A stretch of 64,000 nucleotides of DNA, taken from the IMG/VR virus record IMGVR_UViG_3300025018_000111, positions 32,001 through 96,000 of that record, one strand, 5' to 3'. The stretch is from a virus. Each line of letters begins with the position of its first letter. Position 1 is the stretch's first letter. Made by a program: the position numbers and the translations under genes. The notes under the pieces were generated by a model. It saw only the letters and a list, made by a program, of their open reading frames with translations. It searched no databases and was not told the origin of the DNA. Positions 29,481-39,758 of this stretch are shown in pieces.

Positions 29481-30080
29481 ATGAAAACAATTAAGGTAAC
29501 AGGTCCACACGTTTTATTTTCTAGATCAAGCCCATTTTATGATGACTTAGTAGAACTTTCTACAAGAGATTCCACGAACAGACTTCATCCAAGAGATAGG
29601 CATTTTACTCTGCCCAATGGATCGAAAGTAAAAGTTGAAGTCTATAACAAAGTCTATAAGCACGGAGACTTTTCCGTGGCATATTTAGACGGAGAATCAT
29701 CGTTCTCGATGAATGACATGACAGGATGGAGCAACAGTCACCCAATGGCGAATGTTTACGATGCGCCGGTATTTATCAGCTTGTCACAAGACGAATATAA
29801 TAATTCCTCGGTTCCGAGTGGAGTATATAATTATAATCAAGAACTTCTGGACGACGAATCAAATGTCACAGGTTATGAAACTAAAACTTGGGGACAATGG
29901 ATTTCAGGAATGCCGAATCGTTATCCACAAAATCTTCAAGATGATAAAATCGGATTCGCTCTCAGTACACAAACTGATTATCTCGACGGAAAGCAAATTT
30001 ATACAATCGCAAGCGCGGGATTCACGGTCTTGAAACAAGAAGATTATCAGAACGCTCAGATAATTTCAAATCAAATATAA
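29481..30080 (+). CDS. Hypothetical protein (possible fibre partner or chaperone)
   Basis: 199-aa ORF starting 3 nt after the fibre gene. Confidence 0.5.
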   Translation: MKTIKVTGPHVLFSRSSPFYDDLVELSTRDSTNRLHPRDRHFTLPNGSKVKVEVYNKVYKHGDFSVAYLDGESSFSMNDMTGWSNSHPMANVYDAPVFISLSQDEYNNSSVPSGVYNYNQELLDDESNVTGYETKTWGQWISGMPNRYPQNLQDDKIGFALSTQTDYLDGKQIYTIASAGFTVLKQEDYQNAQIISNQI

Positions 30081-30089
30081 TATAAAATT

Positions 30090-30308
30090 ATGGAAAAAGG
30101 AAACGGGTCAAAAGATTATGTCAAATTCCACATTTTGAGAAGCAATACTCTACTATACAAAAGTTTTTTAGAAATACTGGAGGATATTAGAGATTCCAAA
30201 TCTCCATTATCTGATAATGATTATCAAAGATATAGGAAAAGAATCTTAGACAAAGGAAATGATTGTGCAAGAGATTCAAATTCAGTGATAGAAGATTTTC
30301 TTAATTGA
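30090..30308 (+). CDS. Small hypothetical protein
   Basis: 72-aa helical ORF in the operon. Confidence 0.55.
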   Translation: MEKGNGSKDYVKFHILRSNTLLYKSFLEILEDIRDSKSPLSDNDYQRYRKRILDKGNDCARDSNSVIEDFLN

Positions 30309-30352
30309 TTTTTAAGAAAATGTGTATAATAATTTAAGGAAAAAGGCAAAAA

Positions 30353-31153
30353 ATGAAAAAACTATATTCGTTCACTCACGATCTTGTTAAAGAAGTAAAA
30401 GTCCCTGAAAAAAAGGGAGATCAGGAAATTCTTGTTAAAAAGGAAGAAAAAGTTCCACACAAATTTATTCTTCGTAAACCTTCTCGAACAATGATTGACG
30501 ATTCCGAATTCTTTCAAAAGAAAGAGTTTAACAAATGTGTCAAATCTGGAATCTTGACTTCGGCTCAAGTTACTCGCGATGTTAATAATGACGGAGGAAT
30601 CTTTTCCGAAAATCAAAAGAAAAAAATCGAAGAGGTAACTCAGACTATCAAGTCCCTCTCTGAAAGGAAAGAGGAATTGGATAAGAAAGAGAAAAAGACA
30701 AAGAAAGAAGAGGAGGAACTGAAAGAAATCCTAGAAAAGATGAACAAAAATATTGATGAGATTGAGAATATTCAGTCTTTGTCTTATCGTGTTTTCGATA
30801 ATACCGCAGAAATCTATACTCGAAACAAATTGATTAACTGGTGGTTGGTTCATCTGTTGTACGAAGAAGTGGATGGAAAAATGGTTCCTTTCTTCGGAGA
30901 TGGGAACGAGGATGACAAGTTTAAAAAATATGATGAACTCGAAGAAGAGGAAGAAGAATCTTTTTCCGAATTTTTTGAATCCATGATTAAGAGAGTCGTT
31001 TCTTTAGTTGTGTTCTGGTATATGAGCGAAGAAACCCCAGACCAAAAAACATTCGAGATCATTGATCCGGCGTTAGAAAAAAAGAAGGAAGACGGGAAGG
31101 CAAAGAACAAGAAAAAAGACGAGGAGAATGAACAAAAAAACAGCGAATCTTAA
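30353..31153 (+). CDS. Putative tail assembly chaperone 1
   Basis: Charged helical protein; first of two genes before the tape measure; GTGTAT at 30322-30327. Confidence 0.5.
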   Translation: MKKLYSFTHDLVKEVKVPEKKGDQEILVKKEEKVPHKFILRKPSRTMIDDSEFFQKKEFNKCVKSGILTSAQVTRDVNNDGGIFSENQKKKIEEVTQTIKSLSERKEELDKKEKKTKKEEEELKEILEKMNKNIDEIENIQSLSYRVFDNTAEIYTRNKLINWWLVHLLYEEVDGKMVPFFGDGNEDDKFKKYDELEEEEEESFSEFFESMIKRVVSLVVFWYMSEETPDQKTFEIIDPALEKKKEDGKAKNKKKDEENEQKNSES

Positions 31154-32090
31154 AAAGATTTTCTCTGAGATTTTGTTTGGATATTCCTCGTGTAACTACA
31201 AAGACCGAAAATTTAAAATAAGACATCTAACTCCAAAAGAAGATATGGAGTTAGATTTTTATTATCAGTGTGTAGAGGACGAGGCGGAGGAGAAAGGATA
31301 CCCAACAGAAGAGGAGAAAGTTGAGGAATTGATTTCGGTCGGCTCTTGGTCTAAAGAAAAAGACGAGGAAATTAAAAGGGATCAAGAACATCTAAAAGGA
31401 ATCATCAAAACTAAGGAAAAATTGTTCCAAAAAAGAATGATTGAGGAATTGGAAAAGAGTGAGGAAAAGGTCAAAAAGAAAATCCAAGATCTTCAGCTTG
31501 AAAGATATAATTTATTGTATCCTACAAGAGAGGACTATATTAACAAAAGAATAAACGACTATTATATTTTCTTATCATTAGTAGATTATGATGGGAGCCA
31601 GATTTTTGAGTCATTTTCAGAATTTGACGAAGAAGATGATGATGTAATTATCAATTATAGAGACCTGTTTTTAGACGTTTATAGAAGGATCAGCTATGAT
31701 AATATTAAGAAAATATCCGTATCTCAATTTTTTCTAGAACTTTTCATTTGTTGCGGTGACAATCCGATGACTTTTTACGGAGAAAGCGTGAAAAATCTCA
31801 CTAATTTCCAAGTCTTGTTATTCAACACGGGTAAAAAATACAAAGATTTGATCCAGAATAGCGATTCAGAAATTCCTCAAGAGTATTTTGAAGATCCCGA
31901 CAAGTTAATCGCCTTTGTTAATAAGTCCAAAAATGAACAAGAGGCAGAATCTAAAAACAAATTTGATAACAGAGGAATTATGGACGATGGATTAGACTCT
32001 GAATTTAATAAAAAGATGAGAGAAAAAGCCAAAGCGAACGGGGGTCAACTCGGAATGGAAGAGTTGATGAAAATGCACTCTGGATTCTAG
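31128..32090 (+). CDS. Putative tail assembly chaperone 2
   Basis: Overlaps chaperone 1 and directly precedes the tape measure. Confidence 0.5.
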   Translation: MNKKTANLKKIFSEILFGYSSCNYKDRKFKIRHLTPKEDMELDFYYQCVEDEAEEKGYPTEEEKVEELISVGSWSKEKDEEIKRDQEHLKGIIKTKEKLFQKRMIEELEKSEEKVKKKIQDLQLERYNLLYPTREDYINKRINDYYIFLSLVDYDGSQIFESFSEFDEEDDDVIINYRDLFLDVYRRISYDNIKKISVSQFFLELFICCGDNPMTFYGESVKNLTNFQVLLFNTGKKYKDLIQNSDSEIPQEYFEDPDKLIAFVNKSKNEQEAESKNKFDNRGIMDDGLDSEFNKKMREKAKANGGQLGMEELMKMHSGF

Positions 32091-32144
32091 AATAGTGTAT
32101 TTTAAGGTATAATTCTTTTTTTTAATTTTTAGGCATAGGGTAAT

Positions 32145-35100
32145 ATGAGCCAACAGTCAGAAACTTTCAATATTAAGGCTATCGCCGACTTTTCTCAACC
32201 ATTGAGAGAAGCGGAACGAGTGAGGAGCAAACTGGATAAGGAGATTGGCTCTGCGTTCAGGAATATGGAAAGGGGATTTGCTCAACCATTAGGGCATATT
32301 ACTGGACGTGTTGACCAATTCTCATCTTCTTTAGAAGCGTCTAATGCTCGTGTTTTGGCGTTTGGAGCTTCTGCTGGTATTATTTTTCAAGTATCCAAGG
32401 CTTTCAAGGAATTGTTTAAAAATACAATTCAAGTTGAAAAGTCAATGGCCGATATCCAAGTTGTGATGAACGCCAATGTTAGAGAACTTGAAAATTATAG
32501 ATCCAATATCTTTAAGATAGCCAAACAGACTGGGCAAAGTTTCTTCGAGGTCTCAAAAGCGGCAACAGAGTTGGCTCGCCAAGGTTTAACAACAGAGAAG
32601 ACTCTTGTAAGGCTCAAGGATGCCCTTGTATTGAGCAGATTGAGTGGTATGGACACAATGGATGCCGTGGATGCCTTAACTGCTGCTATCAACGGATTTG
32701 GGGAAGCAGTGGTCAATTCTACGAGATTGGTAGATAAGTTTGCCGAGGTTGATCAAAAATTTGCTGTAAGCTCCAAGGATTTAGCAGAAGCATTTAAACG
32801 AGTAGGAAGTACTGCTGTTGACGCAGGAGTAAATATCGACGAATTGATTGCTCTCGTAACGACTGCCCAACAAGTTACGGCGCGTGGGGGAAGTGTTATT
32901 GGTAACAGTTTAAAAACCATTTTTACCAGATCCCAACGTCCTCAAGTTTTGGACGATTTAGAAAAAGCCGGAATCCAAACTAAAAAATTCTCTGGAGAAT
33001 CTTTAAGCGCAATTGATGTTCTAAAAAATCTCGCCAACACTTATGATAAATTAACATCATCTAATAAAAGTTTTGTCTCTGAAACGGTGGGAGGAGTTTT
33101 CCAAATCAACGTCTTGAAAGCATTGCTGAAAGATATGGGTGGGGAATTTAGTAACTACGAAAGCGCGTTAAAAACTTCCGAGAATGCTGCTGGAGCTGCT
33201 GCTAAAAAGAATGAGCTTCTCAATAAAACCTTATCATCTTTAATCAACGTTTCTGTTGAAAACTTTAGAGAACTTTCAGTAGTGATCGGCGAATTTGCTG
33301 TTAAACCAATAGTAGAAAAAACCCTCGGTTCGATCAACTCTATTGTAGAAACGATTATCAGCAAGAAAAATGAATTTGCTTCAGTATTTGACAGTATAGG
33401 GAAGTTCTTATCTGGACCAGTTTTGGGTTTGGTAATTGGGTCTGTTTCTAAATTATTGTGGACATTCGCCTCTTTTTCTCTAAAAGCTGCTTCAGATATT
33501 ATAGGTCTCACGAAAAGGTCTGGTGATCTTGCTAAGATAACAAGCGTTATATCAGCAACGCTTGAGTCTCAACCCCAGCTTTATCAAAGAATATTGAGTG
33601 GGGTGATCAGTGTCCAACAAGCTGAGAGACAAGTATTAGATATTCTAAGACAACAGACTGCTGAAAAGGCAAAACTAATGGCATTTTCTTCAGGTGCGGC
33701 TTCTTCGGCCTTTGCGTCTGGTGTTAGAGTCGACGCAACCAAAAGGGTACTAACTGGAAAGGGATTCTCAAAAATACCAAGGTTTGCAGACCCTATAAGG
33801 GAGGCGGTTCAGAGAGAAGTTAGATCGGGCGTTCCTGCATCATCGGTTAAGATCGGAGTAGATTCTAGGCTTCAATCTCCAATGAATCCCAGAGGGATCG
33901 GAGTCTATAATACTATAGACGAGCCAATGGGAATTGGTCAGGGGATCAATCGAGCCAAGTCTATGGGAATGAATCCTAAGACTCACGGGATTCCGAATTT
34001 CGCTACAAGCAAAAAAAACATCTATAACTCCAAAACCGGACAAGCTTCTGAAAATGTTTTGTATGGCAAGGGATTAAGAAGAGATCCACTCATGTTGCCT
34101 ATGGCAAATCTAGGTGGTAATATCTTACAAACTAAGGCCGATATAGACAAATATATATCTCAAGAACTAGAAAGAAGACAGGTTTTAACTAAATCCAAGG
34201 GAAAATCTCGAGACTTGCATCAGGAATATGTCCAATCGTTAGATCCTAAATTTAAGTTCCCAGTAAATATTTCTAAAGAAAACGAATCTAATCGTTTAGC
34301 TCAAATAGCCGAAGCAGATAGGCAAAAGATGCTGAGGATCATGTCCGAAGCATTGCCAGAGGGAGCCTTACTAGGGCCTCCACCGTCTAAGCCTTCTATA
34401 AACCCATTGGCCGATTTGGGTCCGGCTATATTTAGGAGCAAAAGAAAGTCCTCCGAATCTGGATATGTTTTAGGAGGATCTCAAGAGGGATCTGGATTAA
34501 TACTAAGACCTAATTCCAATGTGGGTCAGGTTCAAGGTCCAGTTCAGGGACTTTATATTCCAGAAGGAAAACAACAATCTCGTAGATTCTTTGATGAATT
34601 CAGAAAGGTTTTACTAGATCCATCTGTTGCCAAGTCAGAGAAGAAAACAATGATTGATGCGGTCTCTAAGGGAATAGAAAAGGGAAGTGTTTTCTCCATC
34701 AATTCCATAGATGAGAAAAAGCTGGGGGAAAAGTATTCCGTCAAATCGTTTCAAAACTTCTTGAAAGATTTTAAGGGAGAAACTGGCCAATTTAATAAAT
34801 CCCAGAGGGATGAATTAAAAGACATTATCTATAATCAAGGATTGAGTGGGGGGGGAACTTCTCCTCTCTTAAAGGCAGGAGGTTTGAGTTTTAGGGAAAG
34901 AAAAAATAATTTTTCCGTAGCCGAAGATGTTGGAAAGATAAACGAATCTAGAAGCAAAATCCCAGAGTTTGAAACTCCAGAAGAATATAAGAAGAGAGTA
35001 AATAGCAAAGATCAGGGTTTTTATGCTAAAAGCCGAAGAACTGGCAAAACAATACCTATTAGCGAAACGAGAGCGAACCAGTTAAGGGATGCTTTGGCGA

Positions 35101-38100
35101 ATAGAGAGAGAAGGATAAAAAGAGGAGAATCCCCCTTCGTTCCCGTTACTATATCATCCCCATCCGAATTAGCATCTAGAGCAAGAGTAGGGGCAAGAAA
35201 TCCGAATTCTGGATCTGGCTCCACCACTTCGTTTAGGCAAGAACTTATTCGCCAAATCCGATCACTAGATCCAAACATCACGTTTTCCTCTGCCGCAAGA
35301 CTCGCAGATGAACAACTTAGAGCCGGAAGAATGGGAACGGGTGAAGATGTTATTGGCGCCTACAGAGAAGAACTAAACTCCAAAAGAAGTATTAGTCAGA
35401 ATTCGGCTGGAATGCCACTGAGAGCGGATCTATCTTCAAATAAAAGATACAGATATTCTGAACCGACTGGATCAAGGATATTTTCTGAAAGAATGCCAAC
35501 ATTCGGAAGGGCATCGTCTTATATCGGATCTAAAGTCGGGTTGTCTTATACTAAATTGAGGAACATGGACCTAATGAACAAGATGATGTCATTGGGAGGG
35601 ACTGGATCAAGGATATTTTCTGAAAGAATGCCAACATTCGGAAGGGCATCGTCTTATATCGGATCTAAAGTCGGGTTGTCTTATACTAAATTGAGGAACA
35701 TGGACCCAATGAACAAGATGATGTTATTGGGAGGGGTCGGAATGTTGAGTTCAGTAGGGGGAGCAGCATTTGACTCTTCAACTGCATCGAACAATCGGTT
35801 GTCAGAAATGGAAAAATCGAATAGGAATCTCATATCGGGTGGGGTTCAAAATACGATGACTGGCGCGATGATCGGAGCATCATTAACCGCAGGAACGGGA
35901 TTAGGAATGCTGGGAGGGGCTGCAATCGGAGGTCTTACCGCCGCAGCATTTTCCATATCGAAAATATTTAAAGAATGGAATGATATTCTTCCAGAGTTTG
36001 AAAAAAATCTTTCCGCAACTTATGGCAAGATACAAGGATTAAACAATGCGTCTCAAGGGATGAACAAAGTTTTGTTTGATCTAGAAAACCCGCCGGAATT
36101 TAAAACACCAGAAGAAAGAACCCAATACGCCAAAGAAAAAACCAGAGAATTTAAAAATTCCTTAGCCAATACTAGCATATCCCCATCCGCTAAGAAGAAA
36201 ATATTGGATGCTATGGGTGAGTCTAGAAATTCAGCAGAATTGAGACAGACAATATCTGATGTAATAAGCGGAGATATGGCGTCCATCGAACCAAAAAAGA
36301 GTTTGGAAGAAGCCATTACTTCTATAACCAAGTACGGGCGTGGAGAAATGGATACTGTTCCAAATTTGGTTCCAATGTTATCTGGAATTTCCTCTAAATT
36401 TGGCACACTCGGTCAGGCTGGGTCTAAACTAACTCCAGAACAATTAGAAACCGTTCGCATCAAACTTCAAAATTCTTTAGGAAGAATTGGGGATATAAGG
36501 AATAAAACGGCTGCACTTACTCTCCCCCCAGTATTGAGGGAGTTGGGTCGCGACAGGACTGGCAAAGAGGAAAGTCCTGAAAAGAGAGTATCTAATATAA
36601 TAGATACTCAGATTTCAGATGTTCTTCAGATAATGGGAGTAAATAAAACTTCTAACGAGTATCAGAGTCTTATGAAGGCTTTGAGGAATACTCTTAAAAA
36701 TGGAGTTGATGGGGCTGAAGTGATGGTCAAAGATCTAAAATCTATCGCCGAAACGTCCCAGCAAATGGATTCCAAATTTACTGAGTTTCTAGGAGTTGTA
36801 GAAAAGGTAGATATTTACGCTCCAAGAGAGGCATTTATCGAACAACAGAGGGTCGCGAGGGACTTAAGGATCGGTACATCAAGAAATAGATATGAAAATG
36901 AGAGATCTATTCGAGATAAACAATTCGCCGAATCATTCTCTATCGCGGGGCTGTCTGAGAGCGTAATGACTCCGACCGGTAGGCAAATTAGAGAACTTCA
37001 ACTAAAAAGAAACACCGAAAGGGGTATAGCTCCAATTAGAGAAAGAATTTTAAAAGATGATCTTTCTGCTGAAATCCAAAATCAGAAAAAGGGATATATT
37101 GAATCTATCGGACAAGATGATTCTGAATTTTCTAAACCTATTTTAGAAAGATATGACAATTTATTAAATGAAGTAAAAGAAGGAACAGTTAAAAAGGCAG
37201 GAGAGTATATAGATTCAGCGTTGTCTGATATAGAAAAATTATATAAAGAAACAGAAAGAGGTCAATCCAAGGCAGGAATAGAGTCGTTTGGCAAAATTTC
37301 AGAAGCGTTTGAATCATTGCGGCAGCAAGTGGAAAGAACAAATGACGCTATAGCTGAAAACGAGGCATTAAGTAAACAAAGAGAAGATCTTTTAAGAAAA
37401 AGATTAAATCCGTATTTTAGTACTGGGGATATTTTCAGATCAGAATCCGCATCAAGTAATGCTACGAGAAGAACCAGTATGGGGTCTGACCCTCAAACAG
37501 AGATCAAATCTTCCATGAGAGCGTTTCGTGAAGAAATGGGTTATACAACTAATGATTTCTACACAGATTTTGAAAATAGTTCCAGAGACGCGGCTCAAAC
37601 ATTCAAAAGCGAATTCAAATCTGCGTTCCAAGATTTTAGAAGAGGAACTGTTTCGGCGGGTGAAGCGTTGAGGCAGATGGCAATGAACATCCTAGACAGG
37701 ATTGCCACGAATACCTCAAGTATGGCTATTGACGGATTGATGAGCGCCGCTTTCGGAGGTGCCTCTAATATCTTCGCGAGTGTCTCTAAAAATAGGTCCG
37801 GCGGAATGATTAGAAAGAGATATGCCACAGGAGGAATGGTTACTGGAGGCTCAGGGGTCATAGACGACGTTCCAGCATTATTGACGGACGGAGAGATGGT
37901 TATCAATAGAGAAGCGGTTAGAACCTATGGTGCGGACTATTTCAATAAGATCAACCAAAATCGGGGGGTAACTGGATCTCTGGAAAATCGTTATATATAT
38001 TTGGATGCGAATGGAAATCCTAGTGCGAATCCAACTCAAGGACAATCTCGAATAAGCGCAGCACTGTCTAATATTGGAGCAACCAACGATTTGATGAGAG

Positions 38101-38864
38101 CGAATACCACAAGAATGGATCGTGAGCAAAGATTGGTCAATTATATAACTCAGAGAAGAAGCTACGATTACCAAAAGTCCCAAGCGATGAAAAAGTATAA
38201 TCGCGGGATTAGGCAACAAGCGATTGGGGCTGGAATTTCTGCTGGAATCGGAATCGGAGGAGGAATGTTGGGGAGTTATATGAGTTCTTATTCTCCTCCT
38301 CCTTCGTCCGCTGGAACGATGGGCGTGCCTATGGGAACGGGGTCAAATTATTCTAATGTAGCCAATTCTGGAGCAATAGTCCCGAGGTCTGGAGCATCCA
38401 ATAGAGACTCTTATCCCTACACTCTTACAGGAGGAGAGGGGGTCCTCAGAAAAGAAGCGGTGAATATGTACGGTCCCCAAATTGTTAATGACTTAAATAA
38501 TGGTCGAGTCAAAACAATGAGGTTTGGAGGATCTGATTCAGAGTCGTCTATATCGGAAATCAGAGGACTTCCATCGTCTATTGATCGTTTGTCTAGTGCG
38601 ATTACAAGTCTTCAGAACAAATCCAACGGATCTGATTCCGAGGGGAAAGTCAACAATAATTTCAATTTTAATATTGAAGTAAGAACTGATAACGGGCAAG
38701 TGTCGGTGAATGAAAGTAAATCGTCTAATCAATCCCAAGACAGCCAGAGTCAAACTGATAATAATAAAAAGATCGGAGAAGCTGTAAAGATAGTAGCGCA
38801 ACAAGCTATTATTGACGGACTGAGAACCGGAGGATTGATTTACAACGCAATAAGGAGAGGCTAG
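32145..38864 (+). CDS. Tape measure protein (TP901-type core)
   Basis: 2239 aa; ELARQG, DKFAEVD..FAVSSKDLAEA, IGNSLKTIFTR core; C-terminal ATGG.V.G....DDVPALLTDGE.V. Confidence 0.92.
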   Translation: MSQQSETFNIKAIADFSQPLREAERVRSKLDKEIGSAFRNMERGFAQPLGHITGRVDQFSSSLEASNARVLAFGASAGIIFQVSKAFKELFKNTIQVEKSMADIQVVMNANVRELENYRSNIFKIAKQTGQSFFEVSKAATELARQGLTTEKTLVRLKDALVLSRLSGMDTMDAVDALTAAINGFGEAVVNSTRLVDKFAEVDQKFAVSSKDLAEAFKRVGSTAVDAGVNIDELIALVTTAQQVTARGGSVIGNSLKTIFTRSQRPQVLDDLEKAGIQTKKFSGESLSAIDVLKNLANTYDKLTSSNKSFVSETVGGVFQINVLKALLKDMGGEFSNYESALKTSENAAGAAAKKNELLNKTLSSLINVSVENFRELSVVIGEFAVKPIVEKTLGSINSIVETIISKKNEFASVFDSIGKFLSGPVLGLVIGSVSKLLWTFASFSLKAASDIIGLTKRSGDLAKITSVISATLESQPQLYQRILSGVISVQQAERQVLDILRQQTAEKAKLMAFSSGAASSAFASGVRVDATKRVLTGKGFSKIPRFADPIREAVQREVRSGVPASSVKIGVDSRLQSPMNPRGIGVYNTIDEPMGIGQGINRAKSMGMNPKTHGIPNFATSKKNIYNSKTGQASENVLYGKGLRRDPLMLPMANLGGNILQTKADIDKYISQELERRQVLTKSKGKSRDLHQEYVQSLDPKFKFPVNISKENESNRLAQIAEADRQKMLRIMSEALPEGALLGPPPSKPSINPLADLGPAIFRSKRKSSESGYVLGGSQEGSGLILRPNSNVGQVQGPVQGLYIPEGKQQSRRFFDEFRKVLLDPSVAKSEKKTMIDAVSKGIEKGSVFSINSIDEKKLGEKYSVKSFQNFLKDFKGETGQFNKSQRDELKDIIYNQGLSGGGTSPLLKAGGLSFRERKNNFSVAEDVGKINESRSKIPEFETPEEYKKRVNSKDQGFYAKSRRTGKTIPISETRANQLRDALANRERRIKRGESPFVPVTISSPSELASRARVGARNPNSGSGSTTSFRQELIRQIRSLDPNITFSSAARLADEQLRAGRMGTGEDVIGAYREELNSKRSISQNSAGMPLRADLSSNKRYRYSEPTGSRIFSERMPTFGRASSYIGSKVGLSYTKLRNMDLMNKMMSLGGTGSRIFSERMPTFGRASSYIGSKVGLSYTKLRNMDPMNKMMLLGGVGMLSSVGGAAFDSSTASNNRLSEMEKSNRNLISGGVQNTMTGAMIGASLTAGTGLGMLGGAAIGGLTAAAFSISKIFKEWNDILPEFEKNLSATYGKIQGLNNASQGMNKVLFDLENPPEFKTPEERTQYAKEKTREFKNSLANTSISPSAKKKILDAMGESRNSAELRQTISDVISGDMASIEPKKSLEEAITSITKYGRGEMDTVPNLVPMLSGISSKFGTLGQAGSKLTPEQLETVRIKLQNSLGRIGDIRNKTAALTLPPVLRELGRDRTGKEESPEKRVSNIIDTQISDVLQIMGVNKTSNEYQSLMKALRNTLKNGVDGAEVMVKDLKSIAETSQQMDSKFTEFLGVVEKVDIYAPREAFIEQQRVARDLRIGTSRNRYENERSIRDKQFAESFSIAGLSESVMTPTGRQIRELQLKRNTERGIAPIRERILKDDLSAEIQNQKKGYIESIGQDDSEFSKPILERYDNLLNEVKEGTVKKAGEYIDSALSDIEKLYKETERGQSKAGIESFGKISEAFESLRQQVERTNDAIAENEALSKQREDLLRKRLNPYFSTGDIFRSESASSNATRRTSMGSDPQTEIKSSMRAFREEMGYTTNDFYTDFENSSRDAAQTFKSEFKSAFQDFRRGTVSAGEALRQMAMNILDRIATNTSSMAIDGLMSAAFGGASNIFASVSKNRSGGMIRKRYATGGMVTGGSGVIDDVPALLTDGEMVINREAVRTYGADYFNKINQNRGVTGSLENRYIYLDANGNPSANPTQGQSRISAALSNIGATNDLMRANTTRMDREQRLVNYITQRRSYDYQKSQAMKKYNRGIRQQAIGAGISAGIGIGGGMLGSYMSSYSPPPSSAGTMGVPMGTGSNYSNVANSGAIVPRSGASNRDSYPYTLTGGEGVLRKEAVNMYGPQIVNDLNNGRVKTMRFGGSDSESSISEIRGLPSSIDRLSSAITSLQNKSNGSDSEGKVNNNFNFNIEVRTDNGQVSVNESKSSNQSQDSQSQTDNNKKIGEAVKIVAQQAIIDGLRTGGLIYNAIRRG
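35466..35735 (+). repeat. 135-bp tandem duplication (2 copies) inside tape measure
   Basis: 35466-35600 and 35601-35735 differ at two positions. Confidence 0.95.
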
Positions 38865-38865
38865 A

Positions 38866-39744
38866 TTATGGTTTGTTTTCTAATTCTTTTATCCTCTTTT
38901 CTAAAAGATAAAATTGCTTGTCGATAAGACTCACACTCTGATTGAAGACGAACTCCAAGTTCTGAGAGTTCGGAGAGGCAAAAGGGAGTCTATAATTAGG
39001 AGTAAAATCCCTGATTATTTCATGGTTTGCCGAATCATTGGAAACTCCGACATAATCAGTTTCTAAGATTATTTTTTGTTTCGAGATAGTAAGAACTCCT
39101 GACGTTTGATTGTCTGGAATATTAGAATCTAAAATTAAGATAATTCCATTGTCGGATATGATTTTATCTATTATCTCTCTTCTTATTACTGTTCTATCCG
39201 ATTTAGATTTATATTCTATCTTAAACTCAGCTCCCCTTCCTTCTCCATCCATAAAGACGGGATTCGTTTCACTAGGTAAAACAGAATATCTTCCCGAGTT
39301 TTTGAGTCTGATCATTTTAATTTGACCTTTGGACCCAACTCCTGTTACCTCAAAAGATGCTCGATTATCTTCGGTTTCAGAGAAAGACTCTACTGGTTTT
39401 CCTCCATACAGATAAACAACGTCCCCTTTCTTGTATCCAGATCCAGCCTCTACAATATTCTCAACCTCGAAAACCTCGTACTCTTTAAAAACTAGTTCGC
39501 ATTCGTCTCCATCGAGAATATAAGAAGAAACAGATTCGTCTTCTATGACTAAGTTTCTATTGTTTTTGATATAGAACTTTTCTGATATTTTAAAGTCTTC
39601 AATTGATTTTATAGAATAAGAGATTCCATCTTTTTGTATTCGTATATAACACCTATCGGAAACTCCATTCCAATTTGTTCCAGATTGAGCAACTACTTCT
39701 CTTGACCCATTGATTACGGAAACTTTGAAATTGTATGGTTTCAT
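38866..39744 (-). CDS. Hypothetical tail-tip-associated protein
   Basis: Last gene of the M-L-K-I-J block; GSGYKKGD and SGRY..LP structural motifs; C-terminal coiled coil. Confidence 0.45.
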   Translation of the reverse strand: MKPYNFKVSVINGSREVVAQSGTNWNGVSDRCYIRIQKDGISYSIKSIEDFKISEKFYIKNNRNLVIEDESVSSYILDGDECELVFKEYEVFEVENIVEAGSGYKKGDVVYLYGGKPVESFSETEDNRASFEVTGVGSKGQIKMIRLKNSGRYSVLPSETNPVFMDGEGRGAEFKIEYKSKSDRTVIRREIIDKIISDNGIILILDSNIPDNQTSGVLTISKQKIILETDYVGVSNDSANHEIIRDFTPNYRLPFASPNSQNLEFVFNQSVSLIDKQFYLLEKRIKELENKP

Positions 39745-39758
39745 ATTTTTTTATATTA

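Noticed and set aside
35466-35735. Repeat pair as a diversity-generating retroelement TR/VR
   Set aside because: The copies are tandem, the differences are C/T rather than adenine-specific on the coding strand, and there is no reverse transcriptase in the window.
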